A stretch of DNA of 64,000 bases from an uncultured Candidatus Poseidoniales archaeon (GTDB taxonomy: Archaea > Thermoplasmatota > Poseidoniia > Poseidoniales > Thalassarchaeaceae): the NCBI GenBank assembly GCA_902593945.1, contig CACJKA010000002.1, positions 80,807-144,806 on the forward strand, given 5' to 3'. This document shows, one piece after another, positions 29,438 through 40,900 of the stretch; within the stretch, counting starts at the first letter, position 1; each line of letters starts with the position of its first letter. The notes under the pieces are model-generated. The model saw only the letters and a program-made list of their open reading frames with translations. It was not told the origin of the DNA and made no database searches. A program made the translations under genes and the position numbers.

Positions 29438-30025
29438 ATGGTTCGGATAACTAAGGTTCATACCGGCGGTGGGGATGGCGGCGAAACTTCTCTTGTAGAT
29501 GGTTCTCGTGTAGGGAAGGAGCATCCGAGAGTCGCAATCTACGGAACAATTGACGAAGCGAATTCAGCAATTGGTATCGTCCGTTCGGAGATGAAAAGAT
29601 GTGAGTCTAGTGGCATACTTCATACACGTCTTGAAGAGGCTGATCGGATGCTCGGAATTATCCAACAGGAGTTATTCGATGTCGGGGCTGAGTGTGCTTG
29701 CCCTCCGGGTGGCGTACCAGAACAGATGGCAATAATCGGAGCAGATGCTGGCAAAAGATTGGTGGATGAGATGGATTATATGTTGGAAGATTTAGAACCT
29801 TTATCTTCATTCATACTTCCAACAGGGAGTCCAGTTGTAGCACACTTACATATGGCTAGAACTATTGTTCGAAGAGCTGAGAGAGAAGCTTGCGCTCTTC
29901 GTGAAGAGGTTCGAAATGAGGTTATTAGCTATCTCAACCGGCTTTCTGATCACTGTTTCGTACTGTCTCGCTGGCTTACTGGAGAAGAGGGAGAGACTCT
30001 TTGGACTCCTCTCGGTAAAAGATAG
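29438..30025 (+). CDS. pduO: PduO-type ATP:cob(I)alamin adenosyltransferase
   Basis: TGGGDGGETSL.DG.RV.K, YGTIDEANS.IG, FILP, ARTIVRRAER and YLNRLSD. Start placed at ATG 29438. Confidence 0.93.
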   Translation: MVRITKVHTGGGDGGETSLVDGSRVGKEHPRVAIYGTIDEANSAIGIVRSEMKRCESSGILHTRLEEADRMLGIIQQELFDVGAECACPPGGVPEQMAIIGADAGKRLVDEMDYMLEDLEPLSSFILPTGSPVVAHLHMARTIVRRAEREACALREEVRNEVISYLNRLSDHCFVLSRWLTGEEGETLWTPLGKR

Positions 30026-30035
30026 GGTGAAATAA

Positions 30036-30647
30036 TTGAGCGTCGAATCTGCTGGGTTCGAAGGAGCATTGATTAGTTTATCGCTAATAGTTGCAATTGG
30101 TGCTCAAAACGCATTTGTAATTCGCCAAGGATTATCCGACAGGCACGTGTTTCTTGTTTGTACAATTTGTGCATTTTCAGATGCTACTCTGATAAGCCTA
30201 GGTGTTTTTGGTTTCGGAGAAATTATATCTAATTCGGATAATCTCTCTGAACTAATAAGATGGTTCGCTATTTCTTTCTTGATCATTTACTCAATAATGA
30301 GATTCAAGGCTGCCTATGACGGTAATGCTCTAGATATTGATGATGGAAAGAATTTTGTCAGTGCTAAAAAGACTGCAATTATTACTCTTGGTTTCACTTG
30401 GTTGAACCCCCATGTTTATCTTGATACTACTGTACTTCTGGGTACTGCTTCACTACAATTTCAGGGTGATGAAAAAATAGCATTTGCCATAGGTGCGATG
30501 ATGTCCTCCTTCCTATTCTTTTACAGTCTCGGTTTCGGAGCTCGTCGTCTAGCGCCATTATTGAAGACTGAAAAGGTATGGAAAATAATTGATGTTGTAA
30601 TAGGCATAATTATGATATGGATAGCCTGGAGCATTTACACAAATTAG
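30036..30647 (+). CDS. LysE/ArgO family amino acid exporter
   Basis: LIVAIGAQNAFVIRQG and TWLNPHVYLDT. Confidence 0.92.
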   Translation: MSVESAGFEGALISLSLIVAIGAQNAFVIRQGLSDRHVFLVCTICAFSDATLISLGVFGFGEIISNSDNLSELIRWFAISFLIIYSIMRFKAAYDGNALDIDDGKNFVSAKKTAIITLGFTWLNPHVYLDTTVLLGTASLQFQGDEKIAFAIGAMMSSFLFFYSLGFGARRLAPLLKTEKVWKIIDVVIGIIMIWIAWSIYTN

Positions 30648-31045
30648 TTTAAGTTTAGAAAATCCTTTGCAGAATTTAATAAATTTACTTCCTGATCAAA
30701 AGTTAATTGCTCAGATGCTTCATCGAAATTCACCCACATATAATTAGTATGTTCATGAGATAGTTTGACATTGAGTTCGTCGGTATTTGCTAAATACCAA
30801 AAGACCTGTTTTGTAGTTGGTGATCCTTTGGAAAAGAATGTATATTCTGTTCTAGACATCCAACCGTCGATTATTGAAACCTCAGAGATTCCTGTTTCTT
30901 CTAATAATTCTCTCTTAGCAGTAGCGATGTGGTCTTTGTCATCTTCCTCAATGTGCCCCTTAGGAAAACTCCAATGGCCTTGGGGGTATTGCAGCAAAAG
31001 TATACTATCATAATTCATTAGAATGAAGCCGCATGACGTTTCCAT
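30644..31045 (-). CDS. NUDIX hydrolase, bis(5'-nucleosyl)-tetraphosphatase (Ap4A)-like
   Basis: SCG...GHWSFPKGHIE...AKRELLEETG Nudix box and LSHEH. Confidence 0.88.
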   Translation of the reverse strand: METSCGFILMNYDSILLLQYPQGHWSFPKGHIEEDDKDHIATAKRELLEETGISEVSIIDGWMSRTEYTFFSKGSPTTKQVFWYLANTDELNVKLSHEHTNYMWVNFDEASEQLTFDQEVNLLNSAKDFLNLN

Positions 31046-31111
31046 AACATGGGGGAGGGGTTATCGATATTGAATTATACCAAGAGGAGGTAGGCCTTAG
31101 TACTGAATGGG

Positions 31112-32107
31112 GTGATGTCAATGGATATTTACACAAAGGCATTAACCCTAGATATTAAAAAAATAATTACTGATAGTGACTTAGATGGAATAGTCACTGC
31201 TGCCATTTTGAAAAGATGGTGGCCAAACGCAGATGTGATTTTTGGCCATCCGGGCAATTTACGTGCAGGAATGTTGGATGAAATAATAGATAGGAATACA
31301 GCAATTTGCGATCTACCAAGACATGCTGATTGTGGATTAAGTATAGATCATCATAAGTCAAATGACCCACATGGGAATACAATTGATGATTGTGTAATCT
31401 TATGGGAGCCAACCCCTAGTGCAGCTCGAATTGCTTACAACCTTCTAAAAAATAAAATTGATTTGACTGATTTAACAGAGACAATGGCATGGGTTGACAA
31501 ATTAGATGGAGGTTCTATTTCAATTGATGAATTCAAAGGAGATAATCCGGTACTTTGGTTAGGAAGAATTATTGGTTCTAACGAAGACATTACAATGAAA
31601 ATACTTGAAAATATAAAGAACGGTGTATCTATTGAGGAAATATTTGATTTGCCAGATGTGAAATTAGTACTTGATGAAAGAGTGGCTAAACAAGAATATC
31701 TAAATCAAATTATTAAAGAAAATCTCTATATCGTTGATAGATTGGCGATTGCAAGATTGGAAAATCTAAAAATAAGATCTAATGGCTATCTTGTGACATC
31801 GATAGCAGGAGATGAATGTGATGCATGTATGGTTATCCATGGAGATATTGGAGCGGGTTTTGATGAGGAAGGAAAATATCCAGTATCGGCTTCATTTTAC
31901 ACCAATTCTTTCGTTCATAACTCAGGAGGGATATTCGATTTGACGAAATTAGCAACTAATTTTGATCCCGACGGAGGTGGGCATGCCAATGCATGCGGAT
32001 GTAGGATAAAACCAATTGATGGAAAAATAGTCACTAATCGAGAAGTAGTGAGTGAAGATATTGAATCGAATATTAATGAATGGCTAAATATCTGGTCTCA
32101 AAGATAG
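31112..32107 (+). CDS. DHH family phosphoesterase (nanoRNase-like)
   Basis: DSDLDG, CDLP, IDHH and GGGHANACG. Confidence 0.87.
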   Translation: MMSMDIYTKALTLDIKKIITDSDLDGIVTAAILKRWWPNADVIFGHPGNLRAGMLDEIIDRNTAICDLPRHADCGLSIDHHKSNDPHGNTIDDCVILWEPTPSAARIAYNLLKNKIDLTDLTETMAWVDKLDGGSISIDEFKGDNPVLWLGRIIGSNEDITMKILENIKNGVSIEEIFDLPDVKLVLDERVAKQEYLNQIIKENLYIVDRLAIARLENLKIRSNGYLVTSIAGDECDACMVIHGDIGAGFDEEGKYPVSASFYTNSFVHNSGGIFDLTKLATNFDPDGGGHANACGCRIKPIDGKIVTNREVVSEDIESNINEWLNIWSQR

Positions 32108-32568
32108 GTGAACAAGTATAAAAATCCAAGAAATGCGTGTATTACAACCAGATACATCATTACATCACTTATTCTTCCGTGTAGATTGCTAATCTTCCCG
32201 TAAGGTTTCTGACTCTTCCTATTTTTACTGGCTTCGATGCCGAGATGCCTCAAATATATCATCAAGAAAAGTCCAATGATGCCGGCCCAGCCATGAAAAT
32301 GGTTTGGTATTAAGTCAGAAAAAGTAACTACTCCGTTATTAATTTGGAAATATATTATCTTTGAAACAAAGGCCAGACAAATTACTAATATTACATAAAT
32401 GAATATCTTATTTCCTATTTTTTCATGTTTATAAATCGCCTCATTTCTTTCATCTTTTGGTAATTTGGCCCTCTCCTGACGCCATTTTCTTTGTTTGAAA
32501 AATTCTCGAATAATTGCTAAAGCGGCAAGAGGGTGAAGAAGGATTACTATCGTGGCCAGAGCCTCCAT
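32098..32568 (-). CDS. Membrane protein, DUF4079/cytochrome b561-like with His residues in the TM helices
   Basis: LHP..., HEK.G, HGWAG and LHGR His pattern in about four TM helices. Start placed at ATG 32568. Confidence 0.6.
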   Translation of the reverse strand: MEALATIVILLHPLAALAIIREFFKQRKWRQERAKLPKDERNEAIYKHEKIGNKIFIYVILVICLAFVSKIIYFQINNGVVTFSDLIPNHFHGWAGIIGLFLMIYLRHLGIEASKNRKSQKPYGKISNLHGRISDVMMYLVVIHAFLGFLYLFTYL

Positions 32569-32680
32569 GAACACTCCTGAATCGTAACATATCTTGAGTT
32601 CTCGCTTTTTCTGTCTTGCATAATAAGGCGGTGCGTTCATGTAGGAGGGGCTTTGGGGCGACTTATCGGAGTGTCTTCAT

Positions 32681-35600
32681 TTGGAGCAGTATCTATTAGA
32701 TTGTATCTCAGACCTGCAAAGAGCGGGTGATGATGCAGGTCGTAGAAAGAGAGCGATTAATAAATCGGATACGTGGGATTTGCTAAATAAAAACTGGAAA
32801 GCATTGGCTGTTTTAGCAGCAGAAAAAACTGCACCGAAAGCAATAGATAAAGAGAGTATTGAAAATAAAAATAATGTCATCAATCGTGGCCACAGGAATA
32901 GAATTGGGAGAAGAGGCGGTAGGCAAAGTAGGATGGGTTTGGAAGATCATTTGCCTACACCACAACAGGCTATTAACTCAGAAAACCCTGCCGCATTCAA
33001 ATTATCTGTATTAATTGCTCAAAAGCATAAAATGACGACATGGGATGAATCATTTGATGAACAGATGAATATATTGAGATTAGAATGTAGTCAAGGCATT
33101 CATCCTGTTTGGAGTAGATTAGCTAGAGAAGCACCAATATTTGCTGAATTTGAAAGATTCGATATTGTAGAGGAGAAAACTAAAATCTTCGACTCAAAAG
33201 AATGGATTGAAGCAGCAAATTTGGACCCTAATGATATAGTCGGCCTAAGAAGATGGTTGAGTATGGAAATACCATTCGTCCTGTCATCCGCACAGGCCCT
33301 TTCTTTAGAAAAAATTCGTAAAGATCTTGCTGGGAAGCCAAGGCCTTTTACATGGCCTCAAATAATGAAAGGGAAATTGAGAGGTCTAGAAAATGAAGGG
33401 GCTTTACTAGAATCAATGCTACTTCTTTGTGCTAATTCTAATGAGGCATTGGGTGTACTTGAAAAAATAAAAAATCACAGTGAAATGAAAACAGTTGTTT
33501 CAAAACAAAAAAAATTATTTTTACTCGATTCAGACAATGGTGACGTTATCATCGACTGCGTCAATCAAAAAGGCGAAGATGATCTCGCTAACGCAATTAG
33601 AGTTAAGGCATGGAAAAAAATAGAATTAATTGATGAGGAGATACCTCTAGAAATATTACTAAAGGGCAAAGAAATATTAGAAAATGCAAATGAAAATGTA
33701 CCATCCATTTTACTCTGGCGAATTAGTAAAGGTTTATTTGAAAAAGAAGAATATGTTGAATCAATTAAAATAATTGAGGGTTTAACAATAAATGATGATG
33801 AGGAGTTGGTATTTGCAATAAAAGTCATTTCAAAAAGCGACTCTGAGAAGTTTGAACGAAACATCTTACAGTCTCTGGGAAATGCCGGAGAAGAGTGTGT
33901 TGCATTTGCTATGGGTTGTATAGACGCTCCTCCCAATATTCAACTAGAAGCATCTAAAATTCTTTCTAAAAAGGATTCGATTAGATATACGGACGAAATA
34001 CTATCGGTCATGACTCGAACAGCAGATATTGAAAATCTAGCTGAAAAAATGAATGAAGATAGTTCGTTAGGATTGGTCTATCCGTTTAGAGCGTTGATGG
34101 TATGGCACCTAATGCCTGCAGAAGCAGGAGTGAAAAAGATTGATGAATTGATTAGTTTAAGGAAACAGGCTCTATTTTCGTTAGAAAAATCAGAGAAAGA
34201 TGATGTCCTTTCTGATGTTTCTATATCTCTAATCTCCTTATTAGGAGGCGTTCCTTCCAACATTGATTCAATTCATAAAATCTTAGATAAAGGGGCTATT
34301 ATTGTATTGAACCAGGTAAGAAAGGCACTGTCTTCAGACGGTTCTGGCGTTGTGAAAGACTCTTTAATTTCCTCCTTGGAAGAATCAATTGATGAAATCA
34401 AATTATCGACCTTAGATCGAAGATTGTTTGATGCCTTAATTGATTCATTGTATGTAAATTCATCGGCTATGCAATTACAATCGGGAAATTCTGAAAAAGA
34501 AGAAAATGCACTATTGACATTAGAGAGGCTCGCAAGTAAAGAAAATAACACAATTAGGACGATTAGAGCGATAACAAATCTAGTTAAGGAGCATAATATA
34601 GGGATTGAATCTTTAGAAAAATGGTATAGAGTTCATGATAAAGAGTCCGCTGAATATCAAATTATTCGTGCTGCTCTGCAGAAGAAAAGTGGGAATAGAC
34701 TAAATGCGGCTAGAGCTTACAAAGAAGGTGCCCTAAAGATAGAAGATGATTATGAAGAGTCATCTTTGATTCTCAGAAAGGCGATGATTGAATATGCACA
34801 TTCCGAAACATGGCAAGAGGCTGTCGATCTCTTAGATCGAAATCCAGAATTGGAAACATTGTTGACTCAAAGATTTCAGCTATATTTGAGAACATGTGCC
34901 GATAATAATTCGGGTAAAACCGATATTGCGACCAGGAGATTAATACGATTTGTGAGCGAGCAAGAAAAGGCTAAGGAAGATTTTGATGGCGACTACAATA
35001 AGAGGAGAAAGGAGGCTCTAGAGTTAATTCAAAGGTATCCTGATGAACATAATCTACCCGATAGAAATTTCAAAGGAAGAGTGAAGGCTGCTTTGATGAC
35101 TTTAGAAAAATCAAGTGGCTCAAGAGAGTCTGACTTAGAAAGACGTTTTCAACTTGAACTGCATGATATGAAAGATATTTTTGAATTGACTTTGTTGGGG
35201 GAGCAAATTGCTGAAGAAAATCCTCTTCGAGGAATAAGAAGATTCGAAGAGGCTATCGAAACCGGTTACTTCAAAGGTAGACAGGTGGAAAGATTGAGAG
35301 ACACTCAACGAGCGGTTTTTGTCAGCCAAAGTGCCAACATACCTATCAAAGACAGGAGAACTCTGAAAAATCTTGGCTTGAAGTCATTAATATTGGTTGA
35401 TACCAATGTATTAATTCACGCACTAAAGGATGATTTGCTTCAAGAAATTTCTAATGATGATTTTGGTTCCTTTGATTGGTCTGTTGAAAGATCATTTCAT
35501 ATGATGTTAAGGAGAAAGGGAGGGAAAGAAACATTTCTTTCAATTCCACCTGCAGCATTGTCAGAATTTACTAATAGAACGAAAAATCCGAAAACTGTAC

Positions 35601-36049
35601 TGAAATTATTCAATGATGTCTATATTAATAGAGAACAGTGGAAGAAGAAAATAACTCCGGAATTCCTGAAAAAGAAAGTAAAGCAAATATGTAAATCTTT
35701 CAGCACTTGGCCCCAAGAAGATTATTCCAAGAAATTGTCAAAGATTGAGTTGGAAGAATTTTTACTAAAACACGAAAATATATTCCAATTAGTCGATGAT
35801 CAAAAGCGGAAAAGGGCAGAAGAAATTCCAATACGTACTGAATTGAATGGGAAAGAAATTTACCCGGAGAGAGGAGATATGGAAATTATGCGAGATGCTG
35901 CCTCACTCGCCTCTTTACCTTTGCAAGAAATTGGTAGTATTTTAGTAGCCACAAGAGATTCTGATTTCAGACTTGTATCGAGAGCTTTGGAAGAAGAATA
36001 TGGATTCGGCGTTGTCTCTGATGCTCAACAACTAAATTCGAGAATATGA
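32681..36049 (+). CDS. Large helical-repeat protein with C-terminal PIN-like domain
   Basis: 1122 aa, mostly amphipathic helices. C-terminal LILVDTNVLI...SEF...D.EIM...ATRDSDF is the PIN acidic pattern. Confidence 0.75.
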   Translation: MEQYLLDCISDLQRAGDDAGRRKRAINKSDTWDLLNKNWKALAVLAAEKTAPKAIDKESIENKNNVINRGHRNRIGRRGGRQSRMGLEDHLPTPQQAINSENPAAFKLSVLIAQKHKMTTWDESFDEQMNILRLECSQGIHPVWSRLAREAPIFAEFERFDIVEEKTKIFDSKEWIEAANLDPNDIVGLRRWLSMEIPFVLSSAQALSLEKIRKDLAGKPRPFTWPQIMKGKLRGLENEGALLESMLLLCANSNEALGVLEKIKNHSEMKTVVSKQKKLFLLDSDNGDVIIDCVNQKGEDDLANAIRVKAWKKIELIDEEIPLEILLKGKEILENANENVPSILLWRISKGLFEKEEYVESIKIIEGLTINDDEELVFAIKVISKSDSEKFERNILQSLGNAGEECVAFAMGCIDAPPNIQLEASKILSKKDSIRYTDEILSVMTRTADIENLAEKMNEDSSLGLVYPFRALMVWHLMPAEAGVKKIDELISLRKQALFSLEKSEKDDVLSDVSISLISLLGGVPSNIDSIHKILDKGAIIVLNQVRKALSSDGSGVVKDSLISSLEESIDEIKLSTLDRRLFDALIDSLYVNSSAMQLQSGNSEKEENALLTLERLASKENNTIRTIRAITNLVKEHNIGIESLEKWYRVHDKESAEYQIIRAALQKKSGNRLNAARAYKEGALKIEDDYEESSLILRKAMIEYAHSETWQEAVDLLDRNPELETLLTQRFQLYLRTCADNNSGKTDIATRRLIRFVSEQEKAKEDFDGDYNKRRKEALELIQRYPDEHNLPDRNFKGRVKAALMTLEKSSGSRESDLERRFQLELHDMKDIFELTLLGEQIAEENPLRGIRRFEEAIETGYFKGRQVERLRDTQRAVFVSQSANIPIKDRRTLKNLGLKSLILVDTNVLIHALKDDLLQEISNDDFGSFDWSVERSFHMMLRRKGGKETFLSIPPAALSEFTNRTKNPKTVLKLFNDVYINREQWKKKITPEFLKKKVKQICKSFSTWPQEDYSKKLSKIELEEFLLKHENIFQLVDDQKRKRAEEIPIRTELNGKEIYPERGDMEIMRDAASLASLPLQEIGSILVATRDSDFRLVSRALEEEYGFGVVSDAQQLNSRI

Positions 36050-36094
36050 GATAGATGTGTGATTAAAATTCAAATGATTTATTTTCTTGAATAT

Positions 36095-37342
36095 TCACAT
36101 ATGGGAGATTAATGCTTCTCCGAAATCTGAACAACTCAGTAATTTAGCATCATCCATCAATCTTTCAAAGTCATAGGTTACTGTTTTTGCCGATATTGCA
36201 CCTTCCATGCCTTTCACAATTAGGTCCGCTGCTTCATTCCAACTCATATGACGGAGCATCATTTCTGCAGAAAGTATCAAAGAACCAGGATTGACTTTGT
36301 TTTGTCCTGTATATTTTGGTGCGGTTCCATGCGTGGCCTCGAATATAGATATTCCAGTGTCATAATTAATATTGGCGCCCGGAGCTATTCCAATCCCTCC
36401 GACTTGAGCCGCTAAAGCATCAGAAATATAGTCGCCATTAAGATTCATTGTCGTCAACACTTCATACTCTTTGGGCCTTGTAAGAACTTGCTGAAGCATG
36501 GCATCGGCAATTACATCTTTAATTATAATTTGATTATTCGTTTTTGGATTATTCATGGTACACCAAGGTCCGCCGTCTAATTCCTTTGCACCAAACTCAT
36601 CCTTAGCTAACTGATATCCCCAATCTCTGAAACCACCTTCTGTAAACTTCATTATGTTTCCTTTGTGAACTATTGTAACACTCGATTTATCATTATCTAT
36701 AGCATAATTAATTGCTGCTCTAACTATCCTAGATGTCCCTTCACTGCTAATCGGTTTTATCCCTATTCCACTAGTTTCCGGGAATCTAATTTTAGTCACT
36801 CCCATTTCATTTTGAAAGAAATTGATTACTTTCTTAACTTCTGGACTTCCTGCTTCCCATTCAATTCCCGCGTAAACATCTTCACTATTTTCACGGAAAA
36901 TTATCATGTCAACGAATTCTGGATTTCGGACAGGGCTAGGAGTTCCTTCGTACCACCTAACCGGACGGACGCATGCAAATAGATCGAGCTTTTGGCGGAG
37001 TGCAACATTAAGACTTCTAATTCCTCCTCCAACAGGAGTAGTCAATGGCCCTTTGATAGATACTAATCCAGTCCTCATACATTCAAGGGTTTCTTCCGGT
37101 AGCCATTCGCCGGTTTTATCAAATGCTTTTTGACCGGCTAAAACTTCATTCCAATGTATTTTACGTTGTCCTGAATATGCCTTTTCTACCGCAGCGTTGA
37201 CCACGTTAATCATTACCGGCGTGATATCGATTCCAATACCGTCGCCTTCAATATAATGCACTAGAGGCTGATCGGGGACAATTAAGTTGCCGTTTTTGAT
37301 TGAAATTGCTGCTCCCTCGGACATTGTTCTCAGAGATGCCAC
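36095..37342 (-). CDS. icd: NADP-dependent isocitrate dehydrogenase
   Basis: [52 protein letters not shown] and [10 protein letters not shown]. Confidence 0.97.
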   Translation of the reverse strand: MASLRTMSEGAAISIKNGNLIVPDQPLVHYIEGDGIGIDITPVMINVVNAAVEKAYSGQRKIHWNEVLAGQKAFDKTGEWLPEETLECMRTGLVSIKGPLTTPVGGGIRSLNVALRQKLDLFACVRPVRWYEGTPSPVRNPEFVDMIIFRENSEDVYAGIEWEAGSPEVKKVINFFQNEMGVTKIRFPETSGIGIKPISSEGTSRIVRAAINYAIDNDKSSVTIVHKGNIMKFTEGGFRDWGYQLAKDEFGAKELDGGPWCTMNNPKTNNQIIIKDVIADAMLQQVLTRPKEYEVLTTMNLNGDYISDALAAQVGGIGIAPGANINYDTGISIFEATHGTAPKYTGQNKVNPGSLILSAEMMLRHMSWNEAADLIVKGMEGAISAKTVTYDFERLMDDAKLLSCSDFGEALISHM

Positions 37343-37385
37343 TTACCACTCATTCATGAAGCCAACCCCTCTGCCTTAACAAGAA

Positions 37386-37787
37386 GTGAATCGGATGAAA
37401 GGGGTAGTTAGGTGGGTAACCGGTGAAGAAATAGAAGGTGAAACTGACAATGGCAAAATTACTCAATTCCATAGTGAAACTGCAGCAAGTCCTATGCAAA
37501 TTGTTCTTCAAGCACATGGAGCATGTTCATTGATCGATATAATTGATGGATTGAAGCATAGGATGGAAAATGTAAGAGCTATGTGGATTGAATTGGAATC
37601 TGAGAGATCTTCTGAGCGCCCAAAAGTTTTCACTTATGTGAATATGAAGTATGTAATTGAGGGAGATGTCCCAGAGAAATTAGTTAGAAGGTTGATACAT
37701 CAAAGTCATGAGAAATATTGTTCAGTTGGAGTAATGATAACAAGGTCCGGAGCAAAACTTGATTGGAGTCTTGATTTGCGGCCATAA
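37386..37787 (+). CDS. OsmC/YhfA family protein
   Basis: SPMQ...GACS and EKYCSV. Confidence 0.88.
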   Translation: MNRMKGVVRWVTGEEIEGETDNGKITQFHSETAASPMQIVLQAHGACSLIDIIDGLKHRMENVRAMWIELESERSSERPKVFTYVNMKYVIEGDVPEKLVRRLIHQSHEKYCSVGVMITRSGAKLDWSLDLRP

Positions 37788-37957
37788 CCTTTGAAATTAA
37801 CAAAATTTCTAAACAAGTCGTTCTACTAAAAAAGTAGGAAAAATAAGGAAAAGAAAGAGTGGCTTTCGTAAAGCATTAAACACCCTCTATTCCGAAGAGG
37901 AAATCCCTTACGCCGAGGACCCCATATCTATACTTTCAAAAACAGGAGTGTGAATCT

Positions 37958-40900
37958 ATGCAAACCAAGATAAAAGATAAATCAAAAACGACTAAAAACG
38001 AGGAAAATAATGAGAATGGAATGATAGTTGAAAGACGTTTTACTACTGCTGGAGAAGACCCCTTTGATTTGTTCTCTTGGATATCTATGGACGTCGAAAT
38101 AAGAAATCCTGATGGGACCATGGCGGACTCTGTTGAAGGAGTCGAATTCCCCTCTGGCTTCGAGGGAGTTCCCGGAAAAATTGCTGCTCAAAAATATCTG
38201 AGAAAAGCGGGGGTGCCTACCTATCTGCGCAAGGTGGCGGAAGATGGCATTCCCGTTTGGCTCCAGAGAAGTGAGCCAGATCACGAAAAACTACAAACTT
38301 TAGACCCTAAAGAAAGATTTGGTGGAGAAACTCATGGAAGAAATCTATTTCGAAGATTAGCAGGGACTTGGACATATTGGGGCTACAAATATGGATATTT
38401 CGCAAGCGAAGCAGATGCTAGAGCATACTTTGATGAAATGTGCTACCTAATTGCTAGTCAGCGCTCTGCACCTAATAGCCCTCAATGGTTCAATACGGGT
38501 TTACATTGGGCATATGGCATAGAAGGGCCTGCACAAGGGCACCATTATGTCGATCCATCGACAGGCGTACTATCTCTGTCCGAAAATGCATATGAGCACC
38601 CACAGCCTCATGCTTGTTTTATTCAATCAGTTAGTGATTCTCTAGTAGGGGGAACTAGTTCAATAATGGGATTATGGAATCGGGAGGCTTTGTTGTTTAA
38701 GTTTGGGTCTGGAACTGGTTCTAATTTCTCTAATATTAGAGGCGCGGGGGAGCCTTTGTCAGGAGGGGGGAGCTCTTCTGGACTTTTGTCATTTTTGAAA
38801 ATTGGAGATAGGGCTGCTGGTGCGATAAAATCAGGGGGGACGACTCGCCGTGCTGCTAAGATGGTGACATTAGATTTGGACCACCCCGATATAGAGGAAT
38901 ATATTGATTGGAAATCCAGTGAAGAAGAGAAAGTTTCAGCATTGGTTATTGGATCTAATATTCTGCAAAAACATGCTAATTCATTGATGGAAGCTATTTG
39001 GCAACATGAAGAGAACGATACAAGGCTTGATCAGTCAGAGAACCTTGCTTTAAGGAAGTCCATAGTTAAAGCAATCAAAGATAATGTCCCTCAACCGCAT
39101 ATTCAACGCATCTTAGACCTAGCGAAGCAAGGATGGAAGGGGGTGGATTTCGAATGCTTTGACACTAATTGGCAAGGAGAAGCATACATGTCTGTTTCTG
39201 GACAGAATAGTAACAACTCTGTGAGAGTTCCAAACTCTTTTATGGATGCTGTGAAAAATGGAGGAAATTGGAATCTAGTATGGAGAACTGAGAAGGACAA
39301 AGCAGCGGAGGAAAACCGTGAACCAGAGGCTTGTAAAGTATTAGATGCCGGAGAACTTTGGGATAAAATTGCATATACTGCTTGGGCTTGTGCGGACCCA
39401 GGAGTGCAATTTGATACAACCATCAACGAGTGGCACACTTGTCCGGAAGGAGGGAGAATAAACGGATCTAATCCTTGCTCAGAATATATGTTCCTTGACG
39501 ATACTGCTTGTAATTTGGCTAGTATAAATCTACTTCATTATTATAATTTAGATAATCAGACTTTTCAAATCGAAGATTTCAAACACAGTGTGAGATTGTG
39601 GACTGCAACGCTTGAAATTAGTGTATTAATGGCTCAATTTCCATCCGCAGAAATTGCACAAAAGTCCTATGATTATCGAACACTAGGTCTTGGCTACTGT
39701 AACATAGGCTCGCTTCTAATGCACATGGGAATACCATATGATGATGAAAGAGCATATGCAATCTGTGGAGCATTGACTGCAATAATGTGCGGAGAATCTT
39801 ATGCTACAAGTGCAGAAATCGCTTCGATACTTGGCCCTTATCCAGATTACGAAAGAAATGCAGAACATATGTTAAGAGTTATGAGAAATCATCGAAGAGC
39901 TGCTTACGATGCTCCCGGGGACGAATATGAAGGTTTGTCTGTTTTACCTCGAGGAATAAATGCAAAGAAATGTCCTCAAGATTTACTATTAGCAGCAAGA
40001 GATGCATGGGATCGAGCATTGAGGGAAGGCGAAGAACATGGATATAGGAATGCACAAACCACTGTTATTGCACCTACTGGGACAATTGGCCTAGTTATGG
40101 GATGCGATACAACCGGAGTTGAGCCACAATTTTCCTTAGTTCAATACAAAACACTAGCGGGAGGTGGTTCTCTAAGAATCATTAACAAAGGCGTGACAAT
40201 GGCTTTACGCAGATTAGGATATTCAGATAAACAGACCAAAAACATCGAAGAGTTTGTTATGGGGACAAAGAGTTTGAATGGATGCCCGCATCTATCTTAC
40301 GACACATTAAAATCTCTAGGATTTACTTCTGCACAAATCAAAAACATCGAAACTAAGTTACCAGATGTATTCGACATTAGATCTGCTTTCTCACCAAGTA
40401 TTCTAGGCGAAGAAATGTGTGTCGAGACGCTAGGAATGACGGAAGACCAAGTCCGTGACGATTTCTTTGATGTCTTGGAGCATTTGGGGCTAGATTCAAC
40501 GCAAATTAATGCTGCAAATGATTACGTGTTAGGGAGGGGGACTATTGAAGGTGCTCCGGGATTAAAAGATGAACACTTACCTGTTTTCGATTGTGCTACG
40601 CCTGGTGGAAAGTACGGGATTCGATCTATTGATTGGCCGGCTCACGTTCACATGATGGCTGCGGCTCAACCATTCATATCAGGTGCTATTTCAAAGACCA
40701 TCAATATGCCTTCTAATTCCACTGTATCAGAAATTAAAGATGCTTATGATTTAAGTTTCTCTACTATGATTAAAGCATGTGCAGTATACAGAGATTGCTC
40801 TAAATTATCTCAGCCGTTAATGAATCAGCTTGTAGATTCCAGCGCCTTGGAAGAAGAGGAGGAGGAGGAAGTGATAATTGTTCAGAAAATGGTTGAACAA

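Noticed and set aside
37788..37957. Cobalamin riboswitch or NrdR box upstream of nrdJ
   Set aside because: The region is short and A-rich with no B12-box. The best NrdR-like 16-mer (ACCCCATATCTATACT) lacks the conserved right-hand GTG.
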